Shown piece after piece: positions 29,410 to 38,141 of a DNA stretch of 64,000 bases. The stretch covers positions 15,596 through 79,595 of the forward strand of contig JAQTNC010000003.1 of NCBI GenBank assembly GCA_028714475.1. Direction: 5' to 3'. The position numbers and the translations under genes were made by a program. A model generated the notes under the pieces. That model saw only the letters and a list, made by a program, of their open reading frames with translations, was not told the origin of the DNA and did no database searches. Source of the DNA: Patescibacteria group bacterium (GTDB lineage: Bacteria > Patescibacteriota > Patescibacteriia > SG8-24). Each line of letters opens with the position of its first letter. The first letter of the stretch is position 1.

Positions 29410-29906
29410 GTGCGAAGCACACTTTGCGGAATAGATGACTTCATTTCGCGAGGCCGCCCCTCCCGTCGTGACGGGAGGGGCCCGCAGGCCGAGCGCATAC
29501 GATTATTTAGTTGGTGAATGTTTGGTTTCTAGAAGAGGCCGGGCGGGGTCGCCCTTTAAGGCCACTCGACGCCCGCGTCGGCTCGGTCCCCGAGCTTGCC
29601 CTGAACCATTACGGTTCAGGGCTTGTCGAGGGGCGACGCGGGTCGGCGACGTGAGCGACGGCCGCCGCTGGAGCGGCCGAGCGTGCCGTAAGGCACCGGA
29701 CAGAACCTCGCCTCGCTCGGTTCGTCCGATGGTGTGCCTTTCGGCGATCGGTTGCGGCCTTGGCCGCGCCTTTCGGTGTCCGCCCGCGCGCGGGCGGACT
29801 TCGCCGTAAGGGCGACCCCGACGGCCGGACGCCTGTTACTTGTTCTGCCCCTCGACTTCGCTCGGGGAAGAACAGGTATCGCGGGGCGGTGGTCGAAGTG
29901 CACACT
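29410..29906 (+). repeat. R1 structured repeat element, copy A (about 495 bp, with an internal about 100 bp partial duplication)
   Basis: Begins gtgcgaagcacac-tttgcggaa..gacttc..cgcgagg, then a hairpin, then the conserved cccgcaggccgagcgcatacgatt. Ends ...cgcggggcggtggtcgaagtgcacac. Paralogous to elements at 48682, 61614(-) and 62680. Confidence 0.75.
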
Positions 29907-29917
29907 ATAAAATAAAA

Positions 29918-29948
29918 TGCCGGCTACCCGCCGGCGTTTTCGTTTTTT
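29918..29948. terminator. Bidirectional rho-independent terminator
   Basis: aaaatGCCGGCtacccGCCGGCgttttcgtttttt. Confidence 0.8.
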
Positions 29949-30615
29949 ATGTCGGGTTCTGTGGCGATCTATTCTGTCGCCGGTATTCGCGATAGCTGAA
30001 AACAACGATGACGGTAATCGCTATCAATATGCCGAACATCATCACCAGAAACGGCACCGGCGCCGGCAAGCAGGCGCTCAAGGCGATGGCACCCGCGAGC
30101 CAACGGAAAACCAGGCCGCCAAAATGATGCGTCGTCTCCCAAACGGCATCGGACTCAAGCGTCCAAGGCAAGCGCAAGCCGATGGAATAATTGCGTCGCG
30201 TCTGCGGCAAGAGCCAGGCGACTTCCCAAAGGAGCGCGGCCATGGCGACGCTGATGACCGGCACCATCGGCACGGCCACGCCAGCGCCAGCGAGCAGGGT
30301 AGCGGCCTGAAGAAACGCCATGAACAGGACGAACGCCAATCGGAAACGGGCGTAGGCGTTCGCGAACACGGCGATGTTGACGCGGAGCGGATCGAACCGC
30401 GGCACGAACGCGAGCAGTATCGCCAAACCGGCCGTGAAAAGCGGCAGAAACAGCACCGCCGCCGTCCGGCTCCACCAGCCGTCCGGCTGGCCATTCACCC
30501 CCCAGTGCGCAGGCACGACCGCCGGCAGAAAATTCCAAGCCGCCGCGCTGGCGAGCGCGGTCACGACCAAGACGACAACGGAAAGCCAATCGTAGCGGGA
30601 CAGTCGTAGGTTCAT
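29947..30615 (-). CDS. SdpI/YhfL-like integral membrane protein (DUF1648 + SdpI-type)
   Basis: ORF 29947..30732 trimmed to the ATG at 30615 (MNLRLSRYDWLSVVVLVVTALA...). Six predicted TM helices. Confidence 0.6.
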   Translation of the reverse strand: MNLRLSRYDWLSVVVLVVTALASAAAWNFLPAVVPAHWGVNGQPDGWWSRTAAVLFLPLFTAGLAILLAFVPRFDPLRVNIAVFANAYARFRLAFVLFMAFLQAATLLAGAGVAVPMVPVISVAMAALLWEVAWLLPQTRRNYSIGLRLPWTLESDAVWETTHHFGGLVFRWLAGAIALSACLPAPVPFLVMMFGILIAITVIVVFSYREYRRQNRSPQNPT

Positions 30616-30750
30616 ATTTATTGGTCGTCTCCATGATAAGCCGAGAAAGACAAACCGGCAAACGCCCTCCCCTTGACAACCCGACAATAACATGCTAAGA
30701 CGAGGGCAAGCTTCATTTGAAGCCAACCACACACCGAGGAGAACAGTTCC

Positions 30751-31002
30751 ATGAGATTAGCGCTATTCTGCGTCGCTGCAGTCCTGTCTGCCTGTGCCGC
30801 GGCCCCGACGGTCAAGCCGACCACGCCGGCCGATGACGCGGTCTCCGCCGCCTACGATGACAACCTGCCGCCCGGCGAAGACGTCACCTTCAACGAGACC
30901 GGCGTACCGTACACCCAGACGGAGCGCGTGGTTCCACCCACGGACGCCACTCCTAACGATCTGCGCAACCATCGCGAGTTGCGCAACCGACGGGCGCGGT
31001 AG
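30751..31002 (+). CDS. Small lipoprotein
   Basis: 83 aa. RBS gaggag, and a signal peptide with the lipobox LSAC. Confidence 0.7.
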   Translation: MRLALFCVAAVLSACAAAPTVKPTTPADDAVSAAYDDNLPPGEDVTFNETGVPYTQTERVVPPTDATPNDLRNHRELRNRRAR

Positions 31003-31043
31003 CCGAAGTCTCGTCGCCCCCTTGAGCCAAGACCGGCTCCGAA

Positions 31044-31073
31044 GCCCCCAGCATGCTGATGGGGCTTTTTTTG
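31044..31073 (+). terminator. Rho-independent terminator
   Basis: agcccccagcatgctgatggggct followed by ttttttt. Confidence 0.8.
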
Positions 31074-31232
31074 TTCACCTCCGCCAAATACCCCGGGCGT
31101 CAGCCCGGGATTTATGACGCGTGAATCCCCCGAAGTCGCCCGAAGGGTGACGAAGGGGGCATCGGGCTACGGTGAATGAAGTATGAAGGGGTCCTAGATA
31201 CCCCGGGCATGCGCCCGGGGAGTCTTCATATT
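31070..31232 (+). repeat. R2 repeat element, copy b
   Basis: Same architecture as 3800..3962 and about 85% identical to it, except for the variable central hairpin. Confidence 0.6.
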
Positions 31233-31270
31233 TTAAGCGTAATTTCTGGTATCAACGCGTCCCTCCACCC

Positions 31271-31299
31271 TTGACAAAAGGCTGTTTTTGTGCTATATT
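31271..31299 (+). promoter_or_regulatory. Consensus sigma70 promoter (TTGACA-17-TATATT)
   Basis: cccTTGACAaaaggctgtttttgtgcTATATTatc. Confidence 0.55.
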
Positions 31300-31352
31300 A
31301 TCTACAGCAAAAGTCGCGAGGCTGATGCAAAAACCACCGAAAGAGGTAGCCG

Positions 31353-31600
31353 TGAAGTTTCTCAAGACCCTGGCTCTTTCCTCCCTGCTGACCCTTTCCG
31401 CTGCCTGTGCCTCCACCTCCCCGCCCCCGGCGGCTGCCCCGGAGCCTCCCCAGACCGAGGCGGAGCGCGTCTGCGAGCAGACCGGCGAATGTGGCGAGGT
31501 CACCTGGACGGAGCGCGAGCGCCCTGAGCGGCCGCGAAGCGAGGTCGCCATCCCGTACGAGCGGCCGAAAGACCCCTCGGACGCCGATCGCATCCGGTGA
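31353..31600 (+). CDS. Small lipoprotein (GTG start; an alternative ATG lies at 31325)
   Basis: RBS aagagg lies 5 nt upstream of the GTG. VKFLKTLALSSLLTLSAACAST carries the lipobox LSAAC. Confidence 0.6.
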
Positions 31601-31728
31601 GGCAGGACAACTAAGAATCTTCTTCACATGAGGTTGGGCCACTCCCGACCCATGGCCAAAGAACCGCTGTCACACGCGACTGGCGGTTCTTTCAATTTCA
31701 GGCCAGTGTCGGACACCGAACGATCGCG

Positions 31729-32115
31729 CTACCCTCTCCCCTTTTCCTCCAACCGATACGCGTCATCCTCGCCGAATCCGAGATGATGCGCCACTTCGTG
31801 CCAAACCGTCTCGCGGACGACGACGGCGATTTCCGCCGCATCGCCGCCGGCCTCGTCCTCGATGGCCTCGCGGAAAAGGGTGATTTTCCCAGGCAACAAC
31901 CCGCTGATTTCTATCCCCTGTTCCAGCATCGGCACGCCTTCGTACAGGCCAAGCAGGTCGTCGTCCTCGCTCCACAGCCCGTCATCCGTCGCCGCCTGTT
32001 GCGGCGTCGGGCAATCCTCCACGACGATATCCAAATTGACCAGCCGTTCCCGAAACCGCTCGGGGATGGATTTGACCGCCTCGGCGACCAACTGTTCGAA
32101 CTCATTTTCTGTCAT
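31729..32115 (-). CDS. Zincin-like metallopeptidase (DUF1025 / Zincin_1 family, HExxH)
   Basis: 128 aa with TVWHEVAHHLGF. Confidence 0.65.
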   Translation of the reverse strand: MTENEFEQLVAEAVKSIPERFRERLVNLDIVVEDCPTPQQAATDDGLWSEDDDLLGLYEGVPMLEQGIEISGLLPGKITLFREAIEDEAGGDAAEIAVVVRETVWHEVAHHLGFGEDDAYRLEEKGRG

Positions 32116-32211
32116 AAAAACAGGCCTTTCAAAAACTACCCGGCAGTTTTGACCCCAAATCTACCCGGCAGTTTTTCACTACGGCGACCAACTGTTCGAA
32201 TTCGGCGAGAT

Positions 32212-32418
32212 TCACAGGTTGAAATTGCCGACGCTGCCCATGGACTGCAGGAAGGTCGGGATGGCGAACAAGAGGCCGATGACCGGCAAAATAAGCGTCA
32301 CCAGCGCCAAAATGACCGTCCAAAGGAAATACAGCCGCAGCTTGTCCACGGATCGGGCGGCCGCGTCCACGCGTTCCTGCAGGTTGTCGAGGCGCTTGAT
32401 GAGTTCTTTGTCTTCCAT
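32212..32418 (-). CDS. Small hydrophobic protein (68 aa, one TM)
   Basis: MEDKELIKRLDNLQERVDAAARSVDKLRLYFLWTVILALVTLILPVIGLLFAIPTFLQS. Its start abuts the palindromic motif pair. Confidence 0.45.
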   Translation of the reverse strand: MEDKELIKRLDNLQERVDAAARSVDKLRLYFLWTVILALVTLILPVIGLLFAIPTFLQSMGSVGNFNL

Positions 32419-32523
32419 ATTATTGGTAGCGGCAGGGCTTGTCCCTGCGCCACCATAAACGAACGGCTGGATTGACGTTGCCGAGGCGTTAAGGTGGTGG
32501 CGGGGTAAACCCGCCCGCTACTG
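32405..32523. repeat. Pair of inverted copies of the GTAGCGG-CAGGG-loop-CCCTG-CGCCACC palindromic motif, about 50 bp apart
   Basis: ggtagcggcagggcttgtccctgcgccacc ... ggtggtggcggggtaaacccgcccgctactgg. Confidence 0.6.
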
Positions 32524-32657
32524 GTTATATTTATAGGCAGAATTTGCCTCTGTGCCACTTTATTATACCGCAAATCACCCTGCCGACCACTGGCCACCGC
32601 CAAACGACAACCAAAACGGCGCCCCGTCGGGACGCCGCTGTTCACTAAAATTATTCA

Positions 32658-33278
32658 TCATTTAAGCGCCACTGTTTGGGTGGCCGCCTGCTTGGGCGCC
32701 GGCTCCATCTCGTTCCAGAGACGTTCGCCAAGACGCGTGACGGAAGCCGCGTAGCCGTTAGCGATGCCGCAACCGTTATGACACTGGATGGCGTAGCGCG
32801 GGTATTTCGGGTAGCCGTTGCTTTCCATGTATGAAATCGTCCAGTTGGCCGAACAGCGCCAGTCCTGGGCGCAGGACAGGGAAACCCTATGGGTCTTGAT
32901 GTGAATCTGGAAACAGCCTTGGGCCAAGCCGTGGTCGCCGACGGCCGTGCAGTCGAAAACCGACTCGCGCCGGGCCATGCCGAGGAGCGCCTTGGCGCAA
33001 GCTTCGCCGTAGCCGCGGTCTCGGCAGACGTCGAGCAGAACCTCCTTGAGAGGTGGCGGTTTCTCCGGTCCGAGAACGGGTCGCTTCGGGTCGAGCAAGC
33101 CGGCATTGACGCCTTGGGTATTGAGAAGAGGACCGATGTAGTCCTGCCCAAGACCCGCCGCCACGACCGGTTTGGCCAGGGCGACGAACAACAGGGCATA
33201 AACGGCCCAAGCGAGGGTCTGGTTAATCCAGGGCCTTTCCCGGTACCAGGCACGTGATTTTCTGACAGATTGTTTCAT
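32658..33278 (-). CDS. Putative lytic transglycosylase (SLT-like) with an N-terminal membrane anchor
   Basis: 206 aa. RRESVFD...GDHGLAQGCFQI resembles the SLT catalytic E-S ... GLMQ motif. Tentative call. Confidence 0.5.
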   Translation of the reverse strand: MKQSVRKSRAWYRERPWINQTLAWAVYALLFVALAKPVVAAGLGQDYIGPLLNTQGVNAGLLDPKRPVLGPEKPPPLKEVLLDVCRDRGYGEACAKALLGMARRESVFDCTAVGDHGLAQGCFQIHIKTHRVSLSCAQDWRCSANWTISYMESNGYPKYPRYAIQCHNGCGIANGYAASVTRLGERLWNEMEPAPKQAATQTVALK

Positions 33279-33411
33279 ATCAAAGCGACCGCTTTCGCGG
33301 CCGACGGCTTACCTTACACCATCTGCCGAAAAATGTCAACCCCCCGAGCAGCCAATAATGACAAAAAATGGCTTAAATAAGCCATTTAACCTAAGCGTGT
33401 TTTTCAAAAAA

Positions 33412-34371
33412 TCACTCCAAACGACACTGAAAGCGCAGGCTAGCCATATCGCCGGCCGACAGGCTGGAAACCCCGCCTTCATTGAGACGGTACATGATGT
33501 CTTCTGGGGCATCGGTGTGCTCAAGACCCAAAGCATGACCGAATTCGTGGATGAGAACCCTCACGAGCTGGGTCTGGTTCTGGAATTCGTAGATATCGAT
33601 GCTTTCCACCCCTCCCTCGTTCCGGTAACGCCCCTCCTCGAACTCCCGACCCCGGGAATCAGCCACGTCGCCGTACTCGTCGGCCTTCAGGTTCAGCTCC
33701 TTGGCCAAGCCATTCAGGGTCGTAACCATGGCGTTTATCTGAACAGCTGTTTTGTTCATCTCGTCAGCCTCGGCATTGAGGCGCGAAATGTCGGCATTGA
33801 GCTGATCCTTCGTCTGGTTAAGGCGCTGCGCCTCGCCGGGCGTCGCGCCGCCTCGGCTATTCCAATATTCCACCTGCCCCTGCAAATCAGCCCGCCTCGC
33901 CTCAATGCTTTTCGCGTCGGCCTCATGAGCGGTTTTCTTGGCGTCAAAATCCGCCTTCGTCTGCTCGTACTTTGCATGCAGGGCGTCATAACCCTGGCGA
34001 TTCCGCTGGATGTCAATGCCCATCTCGCCCAAACGGTCAGTGGCCTGTTGGCGGTAATCGTAAAGCAGGTTGACCGTAACCTCCCCTCCGGCACCCTCGG
34101 CAAAGACCGGCCGGCCGACGGCTTTGTCCCAAACCGCCGCCGCATCGCCCACAGCCAACTCAAACTGTTCGCGGCTCATGCCGAACCGATCGTCAACCTG
34201 GCCGATTGAATATTCAATTGGCTGGCGGCAAGGAAAATATTCTCGCCAAAACAGGCGGTAGGCCTCCTTCAAGTCGGCTCGATATAACCAAAAGGCGCCA
34301 CCTAAAAACACCAAAAGCAACAAGTCCAAGATAATAATCAGGGGGCGTCGCATATCATTCGGTGGCCTCAA
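33412..34371 (-). CDS. Matrixin-like zinc metalloprotease (metzincin, HEFGHALGLEH) with a coiled-coil region and an N-terminal TM
   Basis: 319 aa with the HExxHxxGxxH motif and a Met-turn region. Confidence 0.75.
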   Translation of the reverse strand: MRPPNDMRRPLIIILDLLLLVFLGGAFWLYRADLKEAYRLFWREYFPCRQPIEYSIGQVDDRFGMSREQFELAVGDAAAVWDKAVGRPVFAEGAGGEVTVNLLYDYRQQATDRLGEMGIDIQRNRQGYDALHAKYEQTKADFDAKKTAHEADAKSIEARRADLQGQVEYWNSRGGATPGEAQRLNQTKDQLNADISRLNAEADEMNKTAVQINAMVTTLNGLAKELNLKADEYGDVADSRGREFEEGRYRNEGGVESIDIYEFQNQTQLVRVLIHEFGHALGLEHTDAPEDIMYRLNEGGVSSLSAGDMASLRFQCRLE

Positions 34372-34874
34372 TACAACCGTCCGCCGCGCTTCTTCCAGTC
34401 ACGGAAAACGGCTTCACTGTCCGCCGGAGTCGCCGGATGCTTGACCGTGACTAACTTGCGCCGACTGCCGGGCAGGGCTAATTCGCGGTACAGGAACGCG
34501 TCCCGGAAACCGAATTTCGCCGCCACGCGCCGCGACAGGCCGTAATAGACGACCGCCACGCCGGACCAATAGGCAGCCGCGAGGCACATCGGGCACGGCT
34601 CGGACGAGGCGATGAGCACACAACCGATAAGATGCGGCGATTTCAGGCGGCGTCCGGCGGCCGTCAAGGCGTTCATCTCGGCGTGACGCGTCGGGTCAGA
34701 GTCGCGCAGGACCGTGTTGTGACCACGGCCAATCACCTTGCCGTCCTTGATGACGACCGCGCCAAACGGGCCACCGTGGCCGGCCTGACTGCCTAGGCGA
34801 GCCTCAAGAAGCGCGTCCCGAATGGCCGCCGCTCCCCCGTCGCCAGGTAGGCCCTTTATCATGATTTTTTTCAT
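34368..34874 (-). CDS. Nucleoside deaminase (CMP/dCMP-type zinc deaminase; TadA / guanine-deaminase-like)
   Basis: 168 aa with the HAEMNAL and PCPMC zinc-binding motifs. Confidence 0.85.
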   Translation of the reverse strand: MKKIMIKGLPGDGGAAAIRDALLEARLGSQAGHGGPFGAVVIKDGKVIGRGHNTVLRDSDPTRHAEMNALTAAGRRLKSPHLIGCVLIASSEPCPMCLAAAYWSGVAVVYYGLSRRVAAKFGFRDAFLYRELALPGSRRKLVTVKHPATPADSEAVFRDWKKRGGRLY

Positions 34875-34884
34875 ATATCCTTAG

Positions 34885-35649
34885 CTATGCCAGCACCCGT
34901 GGCGCGACACGTTGGCCGCCAGCAAAATTTACCTTATGGATGACGTCCTTACGCTCGATGACCACGGTCCAGCCGGCCCTCTTGGCGTACCGGTAAAGCC
35001 GTTGGTTCGGGTTGAAGCAAACGGGGCGGTCAACGAGCTTGAGGAAGCGGATGTCGCTTTCCGTGTCGCCCACGCCGACTGACCCAGCCAGGGTCAGGTT
35101 TTCGAGGCGCACGGCGCGCTTCAGGATTTTCGCCTTGTCGGAGATGATGTCCAGATACTCCGTCCGGCCGGTACAGCGTCCGTCGGCGTCGGTTTCGTAG
35201 ATGCGGCCGTAAACCTTGTCGAAACCGAGGCGGGTGCAAAACGGCATGACGACATCGTGCGGCGAATGGGAGATGGCGACGAGGAAATAGCCGCGCTTCT
35301 TCAGGTCGCGCACCAAATCGCGGGTGTATCGATAGACGCGGTTCTGACGAAAGGCCACCACCTGCCGGGCCACGTGGAGAAAGTCCGCCCGGCGCAATCC
35401 CTTAAGGTGGCTGTCAAAAGCCGTCACCACGTCATGAATGTACTCGTCGTACGACCCCTCACGATCCAGCCATCGGCGGAACGAACGGGAATAGCTTCGG
35501 CGCAGCCGCTCGCCGTTCGGACCGAACAGCCCGGCCTGGATCATGGCCTCCGTCACCTCGATGAGCAGGCTGGAACGGAAAATCGTGCCATCAATGTCGA
35601 AGAAGGCCGCTTTTCGTTTTTTCCGACTGGACGGGCGCGGGATGACCAT
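34885..35649 (-). CDS. HAD-IB family hydrolase
   Basis: 254 aa with FFDIDGTIF motif I and GDTESD motif IV. Confidence 0.8.
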   Translation of the reverse strand: MVIPRPSSRKKRKAAFFDIDGTIFRSSLLIEVTEAMIQAGLFGPNGERLRRSYSRSFRRWLDREGSYDEYIHDVVTAFDSHLKGLRRADFLHVARQVVAFRQNRVYRYTRDLVRDLKKRGYFLVAISHSPHDVVMPFCTRLGFDKVYGRIYETDADGRCTGRTEYLDIISDKAKILKRAVRLENLTLAGSVGVGDTESDIRFLKLVDRPVCFNPNQRLYRYAKRAGWTVVIERKDVIHKVNFAGGQRVAPRVLA

Positions 35650-35668
35650 AACAGGCCGGTGACCGGCA

Positions 35669-36469
35669 TCAGTTCCCGCTGATGCGCGTCGCGACCGTGT
35701 TCATGGTGCCGGCCGCGTCGGTGGTCTTGACGAGGCCGATGCCCGCCACCCACCACTGATACGTCACGGACTTCGACGGCTGTGGCGGCGTCGGCATGCC
35801 GGGAACGGTGGCGGTCGAGGTCGTCTCACTCTCCACCTTGAGCGCGCGGAATTTTCCGGCCGGCACCTCGACATCCTCTTCCGCCGTCACCTTGTTCTTC
35901 GCCGTGACCTTCCCGGCAACCTGCCCCTTAAGCCCGGGGACATTCATGCCGGAATAATCCATCACCGTCTCGTAGGTCGTCGTCCATTCGGAGCCGACCG
36001 CGAGCGACTTGGGCATCATGTCGCCGACCACGTTTTTCGTTTCCGTCTTGACCGTGCCGGTCATGGCGCCGCCGAGATCGAGATAGCCGTCCGTGCGGAT
36101 GTTGCCCTTGTCGCAAATGATGTTTTGCGTGGCGGTGAAGCTCTTCGGATACGTGAAGGCGAAGGACAGCTTGGCCGAGGCGTCCGTCACGTCGCTCTGC
36201 TTCATGACGTAATCGAACGAGCGGCCGGCGGCATCCACGCGATAGGCGATCTCGTAGCCGTTCTTGAGCGGGAAATACGGATGGCGGCAGAGGTTGCTTT
36301 CGGGCGTAACGGCGGTCGGGGCGGCGGGCGCCGCGGCCGATGGCGCTTGAGCCGAAGGCGCCGCGGGTTTTGGCGCGGGCGGGGTGGCGGACTTATTGCC
36401 GCAGCCGGCACCCAACAAGGCAAGTGCCAAGAGGGGCGCTGTCAATGCGACGACAGACAATTTTTTCAT
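35669..36469 (-). CDS. Lipoprotein with an Ala/Pro-rich linker
   Basis: ORF 35669..36691 trimmed to the ATG at 36469 (MKKLSVVALTAPLLALALLGAGCGN; lipobox LGAGC). Confidence 0.65.
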   Translation of the reverse strand: MKKLSVVALTAPLLALALLGAGCGNKSATPPAPKPAAPSAQAPSAAAPAAPTAVTPESNLCRHPYFPLKNGYEIAYRVDAAGRSFDYVMKQSDVTDASAKLSFAFTYPKSFTATQNIICDKGNIRTDGYLDLGGAMTGTVKTETKNVVGDMMPKSLAVGSEWTTTYETVMDYSGMNVPGLKGQVAGKVTAKNKVTAEEDVEVPAGKFRALKVESETTSTATVPGMPTPPQPSKSVTYQWWVAGIGLVKTTDAAGTMNTVATRISGN

Positions 36470-36617
36470 ACAGATAAAAAATATTTGAATATCGTTGATT
36501 AACGCGGCTCTGGATTTTGCCGCCCATATAGAATACCAACCGCCGACCGCGTCGGCAAACGATGCCAAGCGGCCGACGTTCCTCAAACCAAGCATTTTCC
36601 TTTTGCTGCCCCGCCTC

Positions 36618-36646
36618 TTGACAAAAAGCGGCATTCCTGCTAATTT
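36618..36646 (+). promoter_or_regulatory. Consensus sigma70 promoter (TTGACA-17-TAATTT)
   Basis: cctcTTGACAaaaagcggcattcctgcTAATTTtg, about 60 bp upstream of the ATG at 36706. Confidence 0.5.
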
Positions 36647-36705
36647 TGCCGCGACCGAAAATGGGTGGTGGTAAAACACCCCACAGAACACACAGGAGAT
36701 TCAGC

Positions 36706-37824
36706 ATGAAACGTTTTCCGTATGTGACCGCGCTTCTTTCGGCCTTGTTCCTTGCCCATTCCGCGTTCGCACTCGACGAGCAACCGGCGGCCACCGAGGC
36801 CGCTCCCGCGGATTCGGCTCCGGCATCCGCCGAGGCCGCTCCGGCTCCGGCTCCCGTAGAGCCAGCGCCTGCCGAGGCTACTCCCGCTGCGGCCCCGGCA
36901 CCTGCTGCCGAGCCCAAGGCTGCCGAGGCCGCTCCGGCCGCTGCTCCGGCTCCGGCTCCCGCCGACGACGCCGAGAAGGTGGCCTTGCTGGCCAAGCTGA
37001 ACGCGCAAGAGGCGCTGCTGCGAAAGCAGAGTCTCCAACTCAGCCAGCAGTCCGGGTTGATCAGCAACATGGGGAGGTCGCACGAGTCGCTACAAGAGCA
37101 GAACACCGCCCTGACCAAGGAGCTCAACCGGCCGTGGCACTTCAACTACATCGAGTTGGGTGTCACCACGGATTCGGGAATGAAACCCAACGGCGTCTCG
37201 TTCAGCTACTCGCACGCCTTCCCGCTCTTCCCCAAGACCTTGAGCGACCGGCTGGGACTCCTGCTCACGCTCCAACTGCCACCCCTGCTGCCGAACGTGC
37301 AGTATGGGCAAGCGGACGGCCAAACGGTGCTCGACGTCTACTACGGCGCCAGCCTCGGACCGGTCGTGGAGGTCGTCCGTGACTTCCTGAACGTGAGCGT
37401 CCAGGCCGGCGCCTTCGTGGACGTGCAGGCCAGGGCCTACAGCAACGCCTCGACGCCGGAGCTGGAGAAGCTGCTGACAGCCAGCGGCAGTATCGACGCC
37501 AACGGCGCCGTGCTCCCGACTTGGGGGTACATGATTACGCCCAAGGCGCGCATCACCCTGAAGGCCCTCACCCTGGGATTCGGGATGGAGTTCTACCGTC
37601 TCGACCAAGAGATCGGCAAGCTCACGCCTGGAATCCTGGTGAACAACCCCGTGGTGGGGTTCGACCCGAACTCGGTCAACCAGAACACGACTGTCGCCCA
37701 AGGCCAAAGCATGGTGAACGACGCCGTGAACCACACCGTCAACACCGACAATCTCGGCAAGGGGCAGTCGGTGCCCGGCCAGTGGCGCCAGCGATTCGTG
37801 TTCTCGTTCGGTCTCAACTTCTAG
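36706..37824 (+). CDS. Secreted protein: signal peptide, Ala/Pro-rich linker, coiled coil, and a C-terminal beta-rich domain ending in Phe (putative outer-membrane beta-barrel)
   Basis: ORF 36646..37824 trimmed to the ATG at 36706 with RBS aggag. MKRFPYVTALLSALFLAHSAFA-LDE is a signal peptide. The C-terminus ...QRFVFSFGLNF ends in an aromatic residue typical of OMPs. Confidence 0.7.
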   Translation: MKRFPYVTALLSALFLAHSAFALDEQPAATEAAPADSAPASAEAAPAPAPVEPAPAEATPAAAPAPAAEPKAAEAAPAAAPAPAPADDAEKVALLAKLNAQEALLRKQSLQLSQQSGLISNMGRSHESLQEQNTALTKELNRPWHFNYIELGVTTDSGMKPNGVSFSYSHAFPLFPKTLSDRLGLLLTLQLPPLLPNVQYGQADGQTVLDVYYGASLGPVVEVVRDFLNVSVQAGAFVDVQARAYSNASTPELEKLLTASGSIDANGAVLPTWGYMITPKARITLKALTLGFGMEFYRLDQEIGKLTPGILVNNPVVGFDPNSVNQNTTVAQGQSMVNDAVNHTVNTDNLGKGQSVPGQWRQRFVFSFGLNF

Positions 37825-37930
37825 AGCACGTCAGCCCTCTCGGTCGCCGTCTCCACGGCCACCGAGCGGCGACTCGCCAGCGAGCCTCGTCCCACCCTCG
37901 GGACAGGCTCGCTATTGTTTTTGCGGGAAT

Positions 37931-38071
37931 GAGAGCGTTGAAAAAATCAACAAATTCTTGTCATTGCGAGGAGGCCCGCAGGCCGACGAAGCAATCCCGA
38001 GCTTAACCTGGACGGGATTGCTTCGGCCTCCGGCCTCGCAATGACAGCAAATGGAGTTTTTCAACGCTCTC
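37931..38071. repeat. About 140 bp near-perfect palindrome (about 65 bp arms) between two co-directional genes
   Basis: gagagcgttgaaaaaatcaacaaattcttgtcattgcgaggaggcccgcaggccgacgaagcaatcccg -loop- cgggattgcttcggcctccggcctcgcaatgacagcaaatggagtttttcaacgctctc. Confidence 0.7.
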
Positions 38072-38141
38072 GGAACGAGGCTTGACTTTCGCCGTCCGCG
38101 GTGCTAGTTTCCATCCAAACCGTCGAACCAGGAGGCTGACG

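Noticed and set aside
29917-30609. 230-aa plus-strand ORF
   Set aside because: It is antisense to the SdpI-like membrane protein gene. It has a His/Arg-rich low-complexity composition.
36125-37145. Overlapping ORFs in the Ala/Pro-rich region (36125..36502 +, 36393..37145 -, 36640..37083 -)
   Set aside because: They are alternative frames of GC-rich AP-linker coding sequence belonging to the lipoprotein (35669..36469) and secreted-protein (36706..37824) genes.
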